The position numbers and the translations under genes were made by a program. 63,704 nt of DNA from Octopus bimaculoides (Eukaryota), in assembly GCF_001194135.2 (NCBI RefSeq), contig NC_068989.1:18752196-18815899 (forward strand), read 5' to 3'. Every line of letters starts with the position of its first letter. Within the stretch, counting starts at the first letter, position 1. The notes under the pieces are model-generated. The model did not search any database and was not told the origin of the DNA. It saw only the letters and a program-made list of their open reading frames with translations. Below, piece by piece: positions 48,340 through 61,514 of the stretch.

Positions 48340-50571
48340 TTGGTAGAATGTTGTGTCGTGAGGGATATTTTCTCAATCACACACTTCTTCAAATCATTGC
48401 TATTCTATTTGAAAAATGGAGGAACACATTGAATGCACTGTTTGCGAAAAGATGCAACGGTCACAGTTAGAATAGAATGCAGCTCGAACAGTAGATGTTT
48501 CACTGAGATTGCAAAGGCCAAACTATGCAGAACCTTGATAACCACTGAGGTTTGAAGAGAGATTAGTATTAATATAAAGAGATTGATATCAACGTGAAGA
48601 GAGAATCATTAGTAAGCCGGGCAAAATGCTTAGTGGCATCTCATCCGTCTTAATATCAATTCCACCAAGGTCAACTTTGCCTTTTGTCCTTTCAGGGTCA
48701 ATAAAATAAGTACCAGTTGAGCACTGGGGGGTGGGGGTCAATCAAATCAACCTATCCCTCTCCTGGAAAGCAATATGAAGACAGAACTTCTGTACTATCA
48801 TATATTTCTTAAAATACATAAATGTATATAAATGAGCAGATTCAGAGCATCATGCTGCTAATCTATGAAGCTCCTCTTATGGACTCGGCTATCAGTTGAC
48901 ATAGTAATTGATTACAAAGAAGTGTAATGTAGGGTGTCCATGTAACTGAAAATCCAGAAGATCCAATCAATGAAATTATTTCATGAGTAATATATAAAAA
49001 CCGCCTCTCATACCTCCTGACTTTACGGTCTCATAAATGTATATATTTACATTGTAGACTCACATGTATTTATATACTCTTTTACTTGTTTCAGTCATTT
49101 GACTGCGGCCATGCTGGAGCACTGCCTTTTTAGTCGAGCAAAATGACCCCAGGACTTATTCTTTGGAAGCCTAGTACTTATTCTATTGGTCTATTTTGTT
49201 GAACTGCTAAGTTACGGGGACGTGAACACACCAGCATCGGTTGTCAAGCGATGCTGGGGGGACAAACACAGACACATATATATAGGTGCAGGAGTGGCTG
49301 TGTGGTAAGTAGCTTGCTTACCAACCACATAGTTCTGGGTTCAGTCCCACTGCGTGGCACCTTGGGCAAGTGTCTTCTACTNNNNNNNNNNNNNNNNNNN
49401 NNNNNNNNNNNNNNNNNNNNNNNNNNNNNNNNNNNNNNNNNNNNNNNNNNNNNNNNNNNNNNNNNNNNNNNNNNNNNNNNNNNNNNNNNNNNNNNNNNNN
49501 NNNNNNNNNNNNNNNNNNNNNNNNNNNNNNNNNNNNNNNNNNNNNNNNNNNNNNNNNNNNNNNNNNNNNNNNNNNNNNNNNNNNNNNNNNNNNNNNNNNN
49601 NNNNNNNNNNNNNNNNNNNNNNNNNNNNNNNNNNNNNNNNNNNNNNNNNNNNNNNNNNNNNNNNNNNNNNNNNNNNNNNNNNNNNNNNNNNNNNNNNNNN
49701 NNNNNNNNNNNNNNNNNNNNNNNNNNNNNNNNNNNNNNNNNNNNNNNNNNNNNNNNNNNNNNNNNNNNNNNNNNNNNNNNNNNNNNNNNNNNNNNNNNNN
49801 NNNNNNNNNNNNNNNNNNNNNNNNNNNNNNNNNNNNNNNNNNNNNNNNNNNNNNNNNNNNNNNNNNNNNNNNNNNNNNNNNNNNNNNNNNNNNNNNNNNN
49901 NNNNNNNNNNNNNNNNNNNNNNNNNNNNNNNNNNNNNNNNNNNNNNNNNNNNNNNNNNNNNNNNNNNNNNNNNNNNNNNNNNNNNNNNNNNNNNNNNNNN
50001 NNNNNNNNNNNNNNNNNNNNNNNNNNNNNNNNNNNNNNNNNNNNNNNNNNNNNNNNNNNNNNNNNNNNNNNNNNNNNNNNNNNNNNNNNNNNNNNNNNNN
50101 NNNNNNNNNNNNNNNNNNNNNNNNNNNNNNNNNNNNNNNNNNNNNNNAAATTTTCACATTGAGATTATGAACCTCGTACATAAAAAGTCATAAATTAAGG
50201 CATTTGCCTCTTAGGATTTTTCATTACACAATATGAGGCACTCGTCCTCTTAGGTTTTTTCGCCCGATATAGCCTTCGCTTCTCTCAAGCAAAACGATGG
50301 GTCTGGGTCGGGCCACTTTTCAATACTGAATTCGCCGAGGGGGAAGGAATTCACCAACGCACTTATGTGCCTACTCGACATGACCTCCGCAGACACCTGC
50401 GGAGGCCAGTCCGGATCCTTAGTACAGGTGTGGACTCCCTCTCTCTGACGCTTCCTTTTATTCACAAATTTCTGCAAGCTATTTACCACACAGCCACTCC
50501 TGTGTCTATTGTACTTACATATGTTTATAATTGCTTTTCATCATATATGTATTACATATTATTCTAACCAG

Positions 50572-50653
50572 GTAATATACCATCTGCTAACGACTGTGTT
50601 ACTAAGTGGAATATATTACAAGATTTGAAAGAATGGACAAATGAAATATGCAA
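50572..50653 (+). CDS. Cys-module protein, module 4 exon A (xNIPSANDCVTKWNILQDLKEWTNEICK)
   Basis: Acceptor attctaaccag, donor AA|gtaagt, 82 nt, phase 1-2. Ends on Cys plus a split codon, like module 2. Confidence 0.75.
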
Positions 50654-51016
50654 GTAAGTTTGAAAATCTAAATATTCACATTTTTTTACTCTCTTTCTTA
50701 CCAGTGATTCTCAACAAGAGTTCATATAAGATTTTGTGGGGTCCATGCCAGCAAAATAGTAAATTGGGGATCTACTTACAGTAGTATTTAAAAGGCCCAT
50801 GAAAAAAAAATGTTATTTAGATGTATTTGTTGCAAGAAACTGCTAGCGCAGGAGTGGTTGTGTGGTAAGTATAGGTGCAGGAGTTGCTTACCAACCACAT
50901 GGTTCCGGGTTCAGTCCTACTGCGTGGCACCTTGAGCAAGTGTCTTCTACTATAGCCTCAGTCCGACCAAAGCCTTGTGAGTGGATTTGGTAGATGGAAA
51001 CTGAAAGAAGCCCGTC

Positions 51017-51076
<60 letters not shown>

Positions 51077-51364
51077 CTGTGTTTGTCCCCCAACATCGCT
51101 TGACAACTGATGCTGGTGTGTTTACGTCCCTGTAACTTAACGGTTCAGCAAAAGAGACTGATAGAATAAGTACTAGGCTTACAAAGAATAAGTCCTAGGG
51201 TCGATTTGCTCGACTAAAGGCGGTGCTCCAGCATGGCCGCAGTCAAATNNNNNNNNNNTCAGTCCTACTGCGTGGCACCTTGAGCAAGTGTCTTCTACTA
51301 TAGCCTCAGTCCGACCAAAGCCTTGTGAGTGGATTTGGTAGATGGAAACTGAAAGAAGCCCGTC

Positions 51365-51424
<60 letters not shown>

Positions 51425-51669
51425 CTGTGTTTGTCCCCCAACATCGCTTGACAACTGATGCTGGTGTGTTTACGTCCCTGTAACTTAACGGTTCAGCAAA
51501 AGAGACTGATAGAATAAGTACTAGGCTTACAAAGAATAAGTCCTAGGGTCGATTTGCTCGACTAAAGGCGGTGCTCCAGCATGGCCGCAGTCAAATGACT
51601 GAAACAAGTAAAAGAATATGTGTAAATAAATTAGGTTGCTTCTAGTTTATTCCCATTTAATTGAACATT

Positions 51670-52148
51670 AATCATCATCATCATTATTTAGCATCTGTTT
51701 TCTATGCTGGCACGAGCTGGACAGTTTGACCGGAGCTGTTAAGGCCAGAGGCTGCACCAGGTTACATTGTTCTGTTCTGGCATGTTTTCTGTGGCTGGCT
51801 GCCCTTCCTAACACCAGCTACTCCACAGAGTGTACTGAGTGCTTTAATGTGACCCCAGTACGAGTGCATTTTATGAGGCACCAATGCCAGTATCAGTTCT
51901 GCTGTGGCTGATGGGTCTTCTTCAGTACAGCAACGTGCCACATATCTTGATCATCTCCTTCATAAAGCTTAGTGCCTTGAGATCAGCCTTCAATACTTCG
52001 TCCCATGTCTTCCTGGGTCTCTCTCTTCCATAAGTTTCATCCACTGACCGGCACTTCTGTATGCAACTGTCTACTTCCATATGCATCACATGACCAAGCC
52101 AGTGCAGTCTTCTCTCTTGCACACTGCATCTAATTCTTATGCCCAACA
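51670..52148 (-). mobile_element. RTE 3' fragment with ORF2 C-terminus
   Basis: IRCSVQERRLHWLGHVMHM...RPRKTWDEVLKADLKALS. Confidence 0.8.
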
Positions 52149-53704
52149 CATATCTTAATTAACTCAAACTCTATCTCAGGATATTGAGTACATCATTACA
52201 TGAACACACATTTATATAAGAATGTGAATGTAAGAATGTATATTTTGCAAAATTTAATTTAATGTATGTATGGCTGTGTGGTTAAGAATTCTGCTTTGCA
52301 AACAAGAAGTTTTGGATTCAATTCCACAGTGTGGAACTTTAGACTTCTATTACCCCAGGTTGAAAAACGCGAGTAAAACGAACAAAAAGTGTTTAAATCA
52401 GCATACACTTTAGCGTTTCGATTCACTGCCAGAAGAAACGAATTATCTCCCTTAGACTGGAAAAAAAAGAGACGTCACTTTCCATTATTATTATTCAAAC
52501 TTAAAAAAAACGTAAATAATTTCAAAACTTCTCTCCTAGCAAAAAGAGACTGAATGCTAGCGTATATAACTGAACTGGTGACACATTTAATCATTGACAT
52601 TAACATGATAACAATTACTCTCTCTCTCTCGAAACAATAATTCAATTAACGTTATTATGACGATCAGTTGGTGATGGTTGAAAAGTATTAATAAAGTACT
52701 CGAAGTCTGCTTTGCCTTTCTTTTACCCAGAGTCAATAAAATATAGGACCAGTCAGGTACAGGGATCGATTTAATCAACTAAGTCCTTCCCCTAAATTTC
52801 TGGCCTTGTTCCTATATTGGAAACAACTAAAGGCAGTGGAGCATCAGATAAACATGTCTTGCAGTAGTTTTTCTGGGGTGTTTTTTATTCTGAGTTCAAA
52901 TCCTATGGATGTCAACTTTGCCTCTCATATTTTGGAGGTTAATAAAATACAATATCGGTCACGTTCAGAGCTGTTGGTGTCAATTAAACGTCTCCTACCA
53001 AAATTGATAGTCTTGCGTCTAAATTTGAAACAATACACCGAGGTTGACTTAGCCTTTCATCCTTTTGGAGTCATTAAAGCAAGAGTCAGTTCATTACTAG
53101 AATGGATAACATCAATTTACACACTCTGAAATAGCAAACCTTGTGTCAAAATTTGAAGTAATTATCATTTCATGACTATATCAGAGCTTTCCAGTTTTTA
53201 CATAGTTCAATGTATTCTTTGTGTTATTTCTAAAATCATTGAAAGAACAGAGTGAATCTGATAATAGGCAAACAAACAAATTTATTTATGGCTAGAACAG
53301 TTCCACAATCATAAAAAAATAAAGGATATTCTAAATTGTCTTCAATTCACTTTTTGCACCTCTGGTTATGCCAAATTGAACATGGAATCAATTACGAAAT
53401 TTCCATTCACACACTGTGGACACTAAGCTCATTGAAAGATTTTCTGTTCGCATTGGTGAAATATCTGCCAGTCTTTCCTTCCACAATGATATGCAAATAG
53501 AAACATCATTGGATGACTTAGTTATACCTACACAATGAAACTAATAAGAGGTAAAGTATCTTCTGCTGACCTTAGATATATGTATATTCAGTTTCTTAAG
53601 ATATATATTATCAAGATATATATAATCATGATTCTGGGTTCAGTCCCAGATCAACCAAAGCCTTGTGAGTGAATTTGGTAGACAGAAAGTGAAAGAAGCC
53701 CATC

Positions 53705-53781
<77 letters not shown>

Positions 53782-53782
53782 C

Positions 53783-53815
<33 letters not shown>

Positions 53816-53832
53816 GTTTTAGGGAAAAAAAC

Positions 53833-53991
53833 AAGTTTCATGAACTCATCGATGAAAATCCACTATCACATGATATTTATCACTATCTTATGATATTTAC
53901 TTTGTTTTATATTATACTCATTTATTGTGCTTTTAATTGTTAATTTTTCTATATGTGATAGTGGATTTTCATCGATGAGTTCATGAAACTT
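53833..53991. repeat. Perfect 39-bp inverted repeat with 81-nt spacer next to a gap
   Basis: Arms 53833-53871 and 53953-53991. Confidence 0.75.
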
Positions 53992-54370
53992 AGNNNNNNN
54001 NNNNNNNNNNNNNNNNNNNNNNNNNNNNNNNNNNNNNNNNNNNNNNNNNNNNNNNNNNNNNNNNNNNNNNNNNNNNNNNNNNNNNNNNNNNNNNNNNNNN
54101 NNNNNNNNNNNNNNNNNNNNNNNNNNNNNNNNNNNNNNNNNNNNNNNNNNNNNNNNNNNNNNNNNNNNNNNNNNNNNNNNNNNNNNNNNNNNNNNNNNNN
54201 NNNNNNNNNNNNNNNNNNNNNNNNNNNNNNNNNNNNNNNNNNNNNNNNNNNNNNNNNNNNNNNNNNNNNNNNNNNNNNNNNNNNNNNNNNNNNNNNNNNN
54301 NNNNNNTGACATTAAAATGCTGATAATGTCGATGTCTTTTCTGTTAACTGAAGTTATACTTTTATTCCAG

Positions 54371-54513
54371 ACAAGTCCAGGAGTCCAAAGATTGCATTCT
54401 AAAAAATTTAAAGGATAAGAAGAAAATAATGAACACAATAAATTGTAAATGTTATCCTGTAAATGACAACTTCCCTAAGTTTGATGTTTTGGACCCTGAT
54501 CACAAAATAAAAG
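54371..54513 (+). CDS. Cys-module protein, module 4 exon B (QVQESKDCILKNLKDKKKIMNTINCKCYPVNDNFPKFDVLDPDHKIK)
   Basis: Acceptor cttttattccag, donor AG|gtcagt, 143 nt, phase 2-1, open frame. Confidence 0.8.
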
Positions 54514-54598
54514 GTCAGTGGTTTGATATTATCAAATATATCATTTTTCTTACATTTCGTTTTGTTAGTGTTTGTCACTCACTCTCTCCCTCCCTTCC

Positions 54599-54650
<52 letters not shown>

Positions 54651-55144
54651 TGGTTGTAAGTCATTATGGCATTGTATTATCTCTGGATTCATATACATAA
54701 ACAACACAGATAATACAGAAATAATTATAGTATGTAATACATAGATATTATGGAGATAACACAAATGATATGGAATTTGTATATGTAATATGTAAGTAGT
54801 ACATAGATATTATGCAAATTGTACATAAATAATAATTAAATAATGCATTAGCTGTGTAAATATTACGGAAGTAACACATATTGTTTGTAAATAATATATA
54901 ACTGTTATGAAAATACTGCATAAATAATTTGAAAATACAATGGCTTGCATATTCATTCTTTATATGTTCTGCCAAATTCAGAAATGAATATGCAAATCAG
55001 TGTTGTGTTTTGTCATTGGAGAATAACTTCTCCTTTCAAACAAATTTGCGTTCATAACACACTCATTTCATTAACATAATGGAACTTTGGGACACCTGAT
55101 ATTTCGACATTATTTTGTCTCATCAGTCAAGAGAACCCCAGACT

Positions 55145-55175
<31 letters not shown>

Positions 55176-55578
55176 GTTTAACGTCCGCTTTCCATGCTAG
55201 CATGGGTTGGACGATTTGACTGAGGACTGGTGAAACCGGATGGCAACACCAGGCTCCAATCTAATTTGGCAGAGTTTCTACAGCTGGATGCCCTTCCTAA
55301 CGCCAACCACTGAGAGTGTAGTGGGTGCTTTTACGTGTCACCCGCACGAAAACGGCCACGCTCGAAATGGTGTCTTTTATGTGCCACCCGCACAAGCCAG
55401 TCCAGGGGCACTGGCAACGATCTCGCTCGAAAATCCTACGGGAGCCAGTCAGGCGGTACTAAATAATGATATATTTGCTGATGTCTGCCTACCAATAATA
55501 AATCATCACAGAAATATGTAATTTATGAATCATATGTCATTTCTATTTGCACAGTTAATGGTTGATTTTATATTGCAG

Positions 55579-55652
55579 GCTTTACACCCAAATTTGAAAT
55601 CAATATATTACAGACCCTTTTTTTTTCTCTCCTTGCTGTAAAATATTTATAA
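55579..55652 (+). CDS. Cys-module protein, terminal exon with GPI-signal-like tail (GFTPKFEINILQTLFFSLLAVKYL*)
   Basis: Acceptor ttatattgcag, phase 1. Small residue, spacer, hydrophobic run, then TAA with no cytosolic tail. Confidence 0.75.
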
Positions 55653-55674
55653 TCTTATGTTTAATCCTCTATTG

Positions 55675-56178
55675 CAGGGGTTGCCAAACTTTTTCAACCA
55701 TCGACTCACTTTAGCCCCTTCTCTTTCTGCATCAACCCCCTTTAGCCACTTCTCCTTCTGCATCGACCACCCTTCTCATTCAAAATATCTTAATGCCCTG
55801 CTCTGCCATACCATATCTTAAGCGCATACCAAGTACTGATGCTATCAATTAAAATGTTAGCCAAATTATACATGTATATTAAGAAATTCTATTGAAGATG
55901 ACTCGCTTTTTACATTTAAAACTACGTGTACGAGTATACAGTATTAAACTTTCAATTTTTATGAAATTGCTTCCACAGTTAGAAAAATGCATCATATTGC
56001 TGGAATATCTTTTATTAAAATTGACAACATCAATGTGACGATATGGGCATGGCACTGACTAACTATTTCAAGCAGTTCATCTGGGTGAGCTGGTCTTTCA
56101 CACACCGATCCCCATTCGACCCCCTGTAATTCCTCGACGATCCCTAGGGGATCCCTCGGACCCCTTTTGGTGACCCTG
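55675..56178. mobile_element. hAT MITE in the putative 3' UTR of the Cys-module gene
   Basis: TIR CAGGGGTTGCCAAA / TTTGGTGACCCTG; perfect TSD CTCTATTG (55667-55674, 56179-56186). Confidence 0.85.
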
Positions 56179-58125
56179 CTCTATTGTACTCTATAGTATG
56201 GTACTCTACATTTATCTACAGTGTCATATTTTACTGTAAACTGTCTATTGGGTGGTTCTACATTTATCCATAATATGGTTTGCTATAATATATCTTTAGT
56301 AATCTATCTATAGTGTGGTCAAAAAAAAAAAGGCTCAAAAGTCTTTCCCAAGACATAGGCTCATAAGCCTGGTTTCCTGGATTCTGTGGTGTATATATTC
56401 CCCCACCCACTGGACGAGATGTCTTTTCATTACAGTGTTACTCATTTTTGCCAGTTGAGTGAACTGGAACAACATGAAATGAAGTGTTTTGCTCAAGAAC
56501 ACAATGCATCGCTCAGGCCAGGAATTGAAGCCACAATCTTACAATCCTGAGTGCAACTCCCTAAACACCAAGCCACATGCCTCCACCATAATTCAGTACT
56601 CTACACTTATATATAGTGCAGTACTTTACTGTGCTCTATCTATAGTGCTGTACACAACAGCAAACTATTTATGGTATAATGATGTCTGGTACTCTACACA
56701 TTACCCCAGCTTACCTTTAGTAGGGTCCATTCAGTTGCAAGCAGTTGGGTTAAGTTTCTGGTTTGAGGATATTTTTCATTGCCTCCCCACTTCATTAGTC
56801 TCAGAGGCCTTGTAAAGGGTCATTGGCCCTGCGTTCACTCATTGATGAAAAGATTAAAATAAAAAAACAATAGCAATATTTCATTAAACATGACATGGGA
56901 GAACAAATAACAGTTCAAAATATGATTTTGTCTTTTAGATCATCATCGCCATCATCATTTAATGTCTGTTTTCCATACTGGCATGGATTGGACAGCTTGA
57001 AACCATCTGGAGAGCTGCGGGCTTTTGTTGAGCTCCGGTGGCTGCTTTGACATGGTCTCTATGGCTTGGTGCCCTTCCTAACACCAACTACTTTACTGTG
57101 TGTACTGAGTGCACTTTTTCATGCCACTGGCACTAGTGAGGTTGCTAAGTAGCTTGCAAGATAAAAAGAAAACAAAAACAAAACCAGGATTAAAGCCTCT
57201 CACCTTCATTGAGTTGGGGAGTAGTTGAGAAGGGGAGATGACTTTATGTCATGTTGAGAGGCTTCAGCATAACAGAGAGAGAGACAAGCACAGATGTCTT
57301 GCTATAAAGGAGATACATGGCTGCCCAGCATTTTATAAGGGTGGGTGGAAGTAGCTGAAAAGAACACTCTCTGAGTGGTTGGCGTTAGGAAGGGCATCCA
57401 GCTGTAGAAACTCTACCAAATCAGATTGGAGCCTGGTGTTGCCATCCGGTTTCACCAGTCCTCAGTCAAATCGTCCAGCCCATGCTAGCATGGAAAGCGG
57501 ACGTTAAACGATAATGATGATGAGATGTCAAAGGGATTTTTTTTATTTATTTATACTTTTTTACTTTTTTTCTTACAGTCATATCATCATCAAGTCCTGC
57601 AGTATTTGATGGGAAAATGGTCAGCCGGCTCTACTCTGTTACATTGCTATTGGTTACCAGATTCACAATACAACTGTGAATAAGTCTCCTTTAGAATCTT
57701 GGTGCTTTAGAGGGAGTGTCTGCGTATGTGTACGTATGTGCATGAGGAGATAAATTCATAAGTTTGTGTTTTGAGTTACAGTTCCATCTAAGTATTATAT
57801 AGTTGTGTGTTTGTGTTTTTGAATATGTGAATATTGTTGTTGTTTAGTTTAAAGTAAGTCTTACTCTAGCAAACCCATGACCAAAGGTATTCCAGCTGTA
57901 ATCAGCCCATCTTTAATTTTTAAGACATAGTGTATTGTGAACTACATTATCAAATATATGTTGTTTTTTTCTATCTAAGATAATAGGATCTGGTGTGAGA
58001 AAAATTTGGCTGATATTTCCAGCAAGTCAAATGACCATGAGGAGGCTTGCTTATTGATTCATGCATGGATGTTTATGTATCAAGGTGTTTATAAAAGTGT
58101 GTTTGAGAGAGAGAGAGAGAGAGAG

Positions 58126-58173
<48 letters not shown>

Positions 58174-58465
58174 TGAGAGAGAGAGAGAGTGTGTGTGTGT
58201 GTGTGTGAGAGAGAGAGAAATCAATATATAATGAAAATAAATAAAACGTATCAAACTTTGCTTGTAGTTTTCATCATTATCATTTTAATTCTTTTTTATT
58301 CTTCTACTTGTTTCAGTCATTTGACTGCAGCCATGCTGGAGCACTGCCTTAAAGGGTTTTATTCTTTGTAAGCCTAGTACTTATTCTGTCAGTCTCTTTT
58401 GCAGAGCTGTTAAGTTCCGGGGACATAAACACACCAGCACCAGTTGTCAAGCGATAGCAGAGGGG

Positions 58466-58512
<47 letters not shown>

Positions 58513-61463
58513 ACAAGCTTCTTTCAGTTTCCACCAGCCAAATCCACTCACAAGGCTTTGGGTCAACCCAAGGTTATAGCAGGAGACACTTGCCCAAGGT
58601 GTTGTACAGTGGGACTTAACCCAGAACCATGTGGTTGGGGAGCAAGCTTCTTATTTCTTTACTGCCCACAAGGGGCTAAACATAGAGGAGACAAACAAGG
58701 ACAGACAAAGGGATTAAGTCGATTACATCGACCCCAGTACGCAACTGGTACTTAATTTATCGACCCCGAAAGGATGAAAGGCAAAGTCAAGCTCGGCAAG
58801 CTTCTTACCTGCTTGCATGTGACAGGCAGAATTCACTGAGACAGATTTCCTATGTCTGGATGCCTTTCCTGTTACCAACCTTCACTTTTTCCAAACAAGG
58901 TAATAATCGTCTAGACCTCAAACAACATGGACATAGCTATGAACTATTTTTCAGTTTTGATCTACCAATTTCACTCACAAGCTATTGATTGACTTGCATG
59001 GCTTTACTACAGAACATTAGCTGACAATGTTCAAGCAAAGGGGGCCAAACCCCTAAACCATGCAGTTCTGAAGCAAACTTCTTAACTACATGGCTACACC
59101 TGTACAGAACCATCTTAACAGCATTATAAGCCCTGGGAAGTTCAAGCACTGGGCCCTATAGTATATATTTGACAGCAAACTACAGCATATATTGATCAGA
59201 ATTTGACCCTTAATGTCTTAAGACAGCACTATGCCTGTCTCTATCCTTTTGATTTTGGTCAGTGGTGTGTGGCAGGGATGGCAAATTATTTAAATGTCTT
59301 ATGATGTTTAGTTATGTCTCTTTATGTTCTGACTTCAAATCCTATTAGGTTTGGCTTTGCTTTTCAGCCTTTCAGGGTTGATAAAATAACTAATTAGTAA
59401 TTTACTTTGATCAGTTTAGTAAGTATACTCCTTCATGTGCAAGTATAAAAAATATGATCCTGCCTAAGCTAACTTTCTTTTCTTCGGTCCCAGATTGATA
59501 ATATAAAATAAAGTACCAGGCCAGTGCTGGAGTTGATGGAGTTGGCTAACTCCCTCAAAATTGTTGTTGGCCCTGCGCATAAATTAGAAACCAAATGTGT
59601 TAAACAGCAGAAACATTAGAGGACTAGAAAAAAAAATATCTTATGGCAGTTCTTCAGGCTCTTTACATTCTGAGTTCAAATTCCGCCGAGATCGATTTTA
59701 CCTTTCATCCTTTAAGGGTCAATGAAATAAGTACCAGTTGAGCACTGGGGTCGATGTAATCAACTCATCCTCTCCTTCCAAAAATTGCTGCCCTTGTGGC
59801 AAAATTTGAAACCATTATTATTATAATTAAGGTGGCAAGCTGGTTGAATTATCAGTACTTTGGACAAAATACTTATTGGCATTTCATCTGTCTTTATGTT
59901 CTGAATTCAAAATCCACCAAGGTCAACTTTTCCTTTCATCCTTTCAGGGTCAAAAAATAAGTTCCAGTGAAGCACTGGATGTAATCAACCAGCCCCCTCC
60001 CTCAAAGTTTCAGGCCTTGTGCTTATTGTAGAAAGGATTATTATTATTATTATTGAGTGAGAGAGCAGTGCATGCCATCAAAGTGACACTGGAGTAAAAT
60101 ATACGAAGCCCATTATACCCATCATGACTACCCGTCTGATAAGGGTACACTAGGCACATGCATCACAACCATATGTGCGTGACATGGTGATCTCATATCA
60201 AGATAAACAGCGCATGACCTCGCAGGTGGGGCCCAGTTAGAATTTTCTTCAGGTTGAGTAGCCCATCCTACTCAAAAGGTCCCTGAATATGGGTTGTTTA
60301 AGGATGTTGAACAACACACCCATGTTTCCAAAGGTGAATTATCCAAATTCCAAAGAATTCCTCTCAACACATGGCTATGATGCTCCCCAACTACTTCTGC
60401 TCGTGATCAGAGATGCACATATTGTCTGCCTCTAAGAGACATGCTCAACTCATTATGGTCAAACATCTGACAAGCAAATATTTGCTGTAGCCCATCTTTT
60501 ATATCAAGCAGTTAAGACCAGAAGCTATGAGAGCCACTGCCTGGTACTGCATCAGGACATGGTACTGCATCATTGTATTCTTTTCTCCAACTTTCTGTTG
60601 TGTCAGAGACAGTTGTTGTTCCATTCCTTTTAAAGAGTTTCAGGAACCATCAGGTGAAGATACAGGAACTAAAGATCACAGTGCTGTGAGCCATTATATT
60701 CTTGTTGATGACCCATTATTCCATTTGTTTCCATGTGAGCCTGAATAATAAACTACTAACATGTATACAGTGGTAAGGCATCAAAATAGAAACACCATTT
60801 TGCTCAAAGAAACTGCATTATCAGCATCATCATCTAAAATTCATCTGTGCTCTTGAGCAAGACACTTCATTTCACTTCGCTCAAGTTCTCTCAGCTGTAG
60901 AGTTGCAACACCACTAGTGCCAAGCTGTATCGGTCTTTACCTTTCCCTTGGTTAACATGCTTGGTGTGAAGAGGGGAGACTGGTATGCATGGGCGACTGC
61001 TGGTCTTCCATAAACAACCTTGCCCAGACTTGTGCCTCGGAAGGGAACCTTCTAGGTGCAATCACATGGTCATTCATGACCGAAGAGAGTCTTTACCTTT
61101 ACACCTTACTGCCCAAAGTAGGATGGTTCATCAAGATCCTTAACTCGCAAAACAAAAGAGACCCCCAACAAGTGAGCGGGAATAGGAATAGTTGCAGCAT
61201 TTCAATGATCATTTTACTATGTCTCTGTATATCATATACTCTTTACTCTTTCACTTGTTTCAGTCATTTGACTGCGGCCATGCTGGAGCACCGCCTTTAG
61301 TCTAGCAAATCAACCCCGGGACTTATTCTTTGTAAGCCCAGTACTTACTCTATCGGTCTCCTTTGCCGAACCACCAAGTGACGGGGACATAAACACACCA
61401 GCATCGGTTGTCAAGCAATGCTAGAGGGACAAACACAGACACACAAACACACACACGCACACG

Positions 61464-61514
<51 letters not shown>

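Noticed and set aside
53390-53540. Minus-strand frame with C-x12-C-x27-C resembling a module A exon
   Set aside because: Acceptor and donor phases do not fit, and no partner exons were found.
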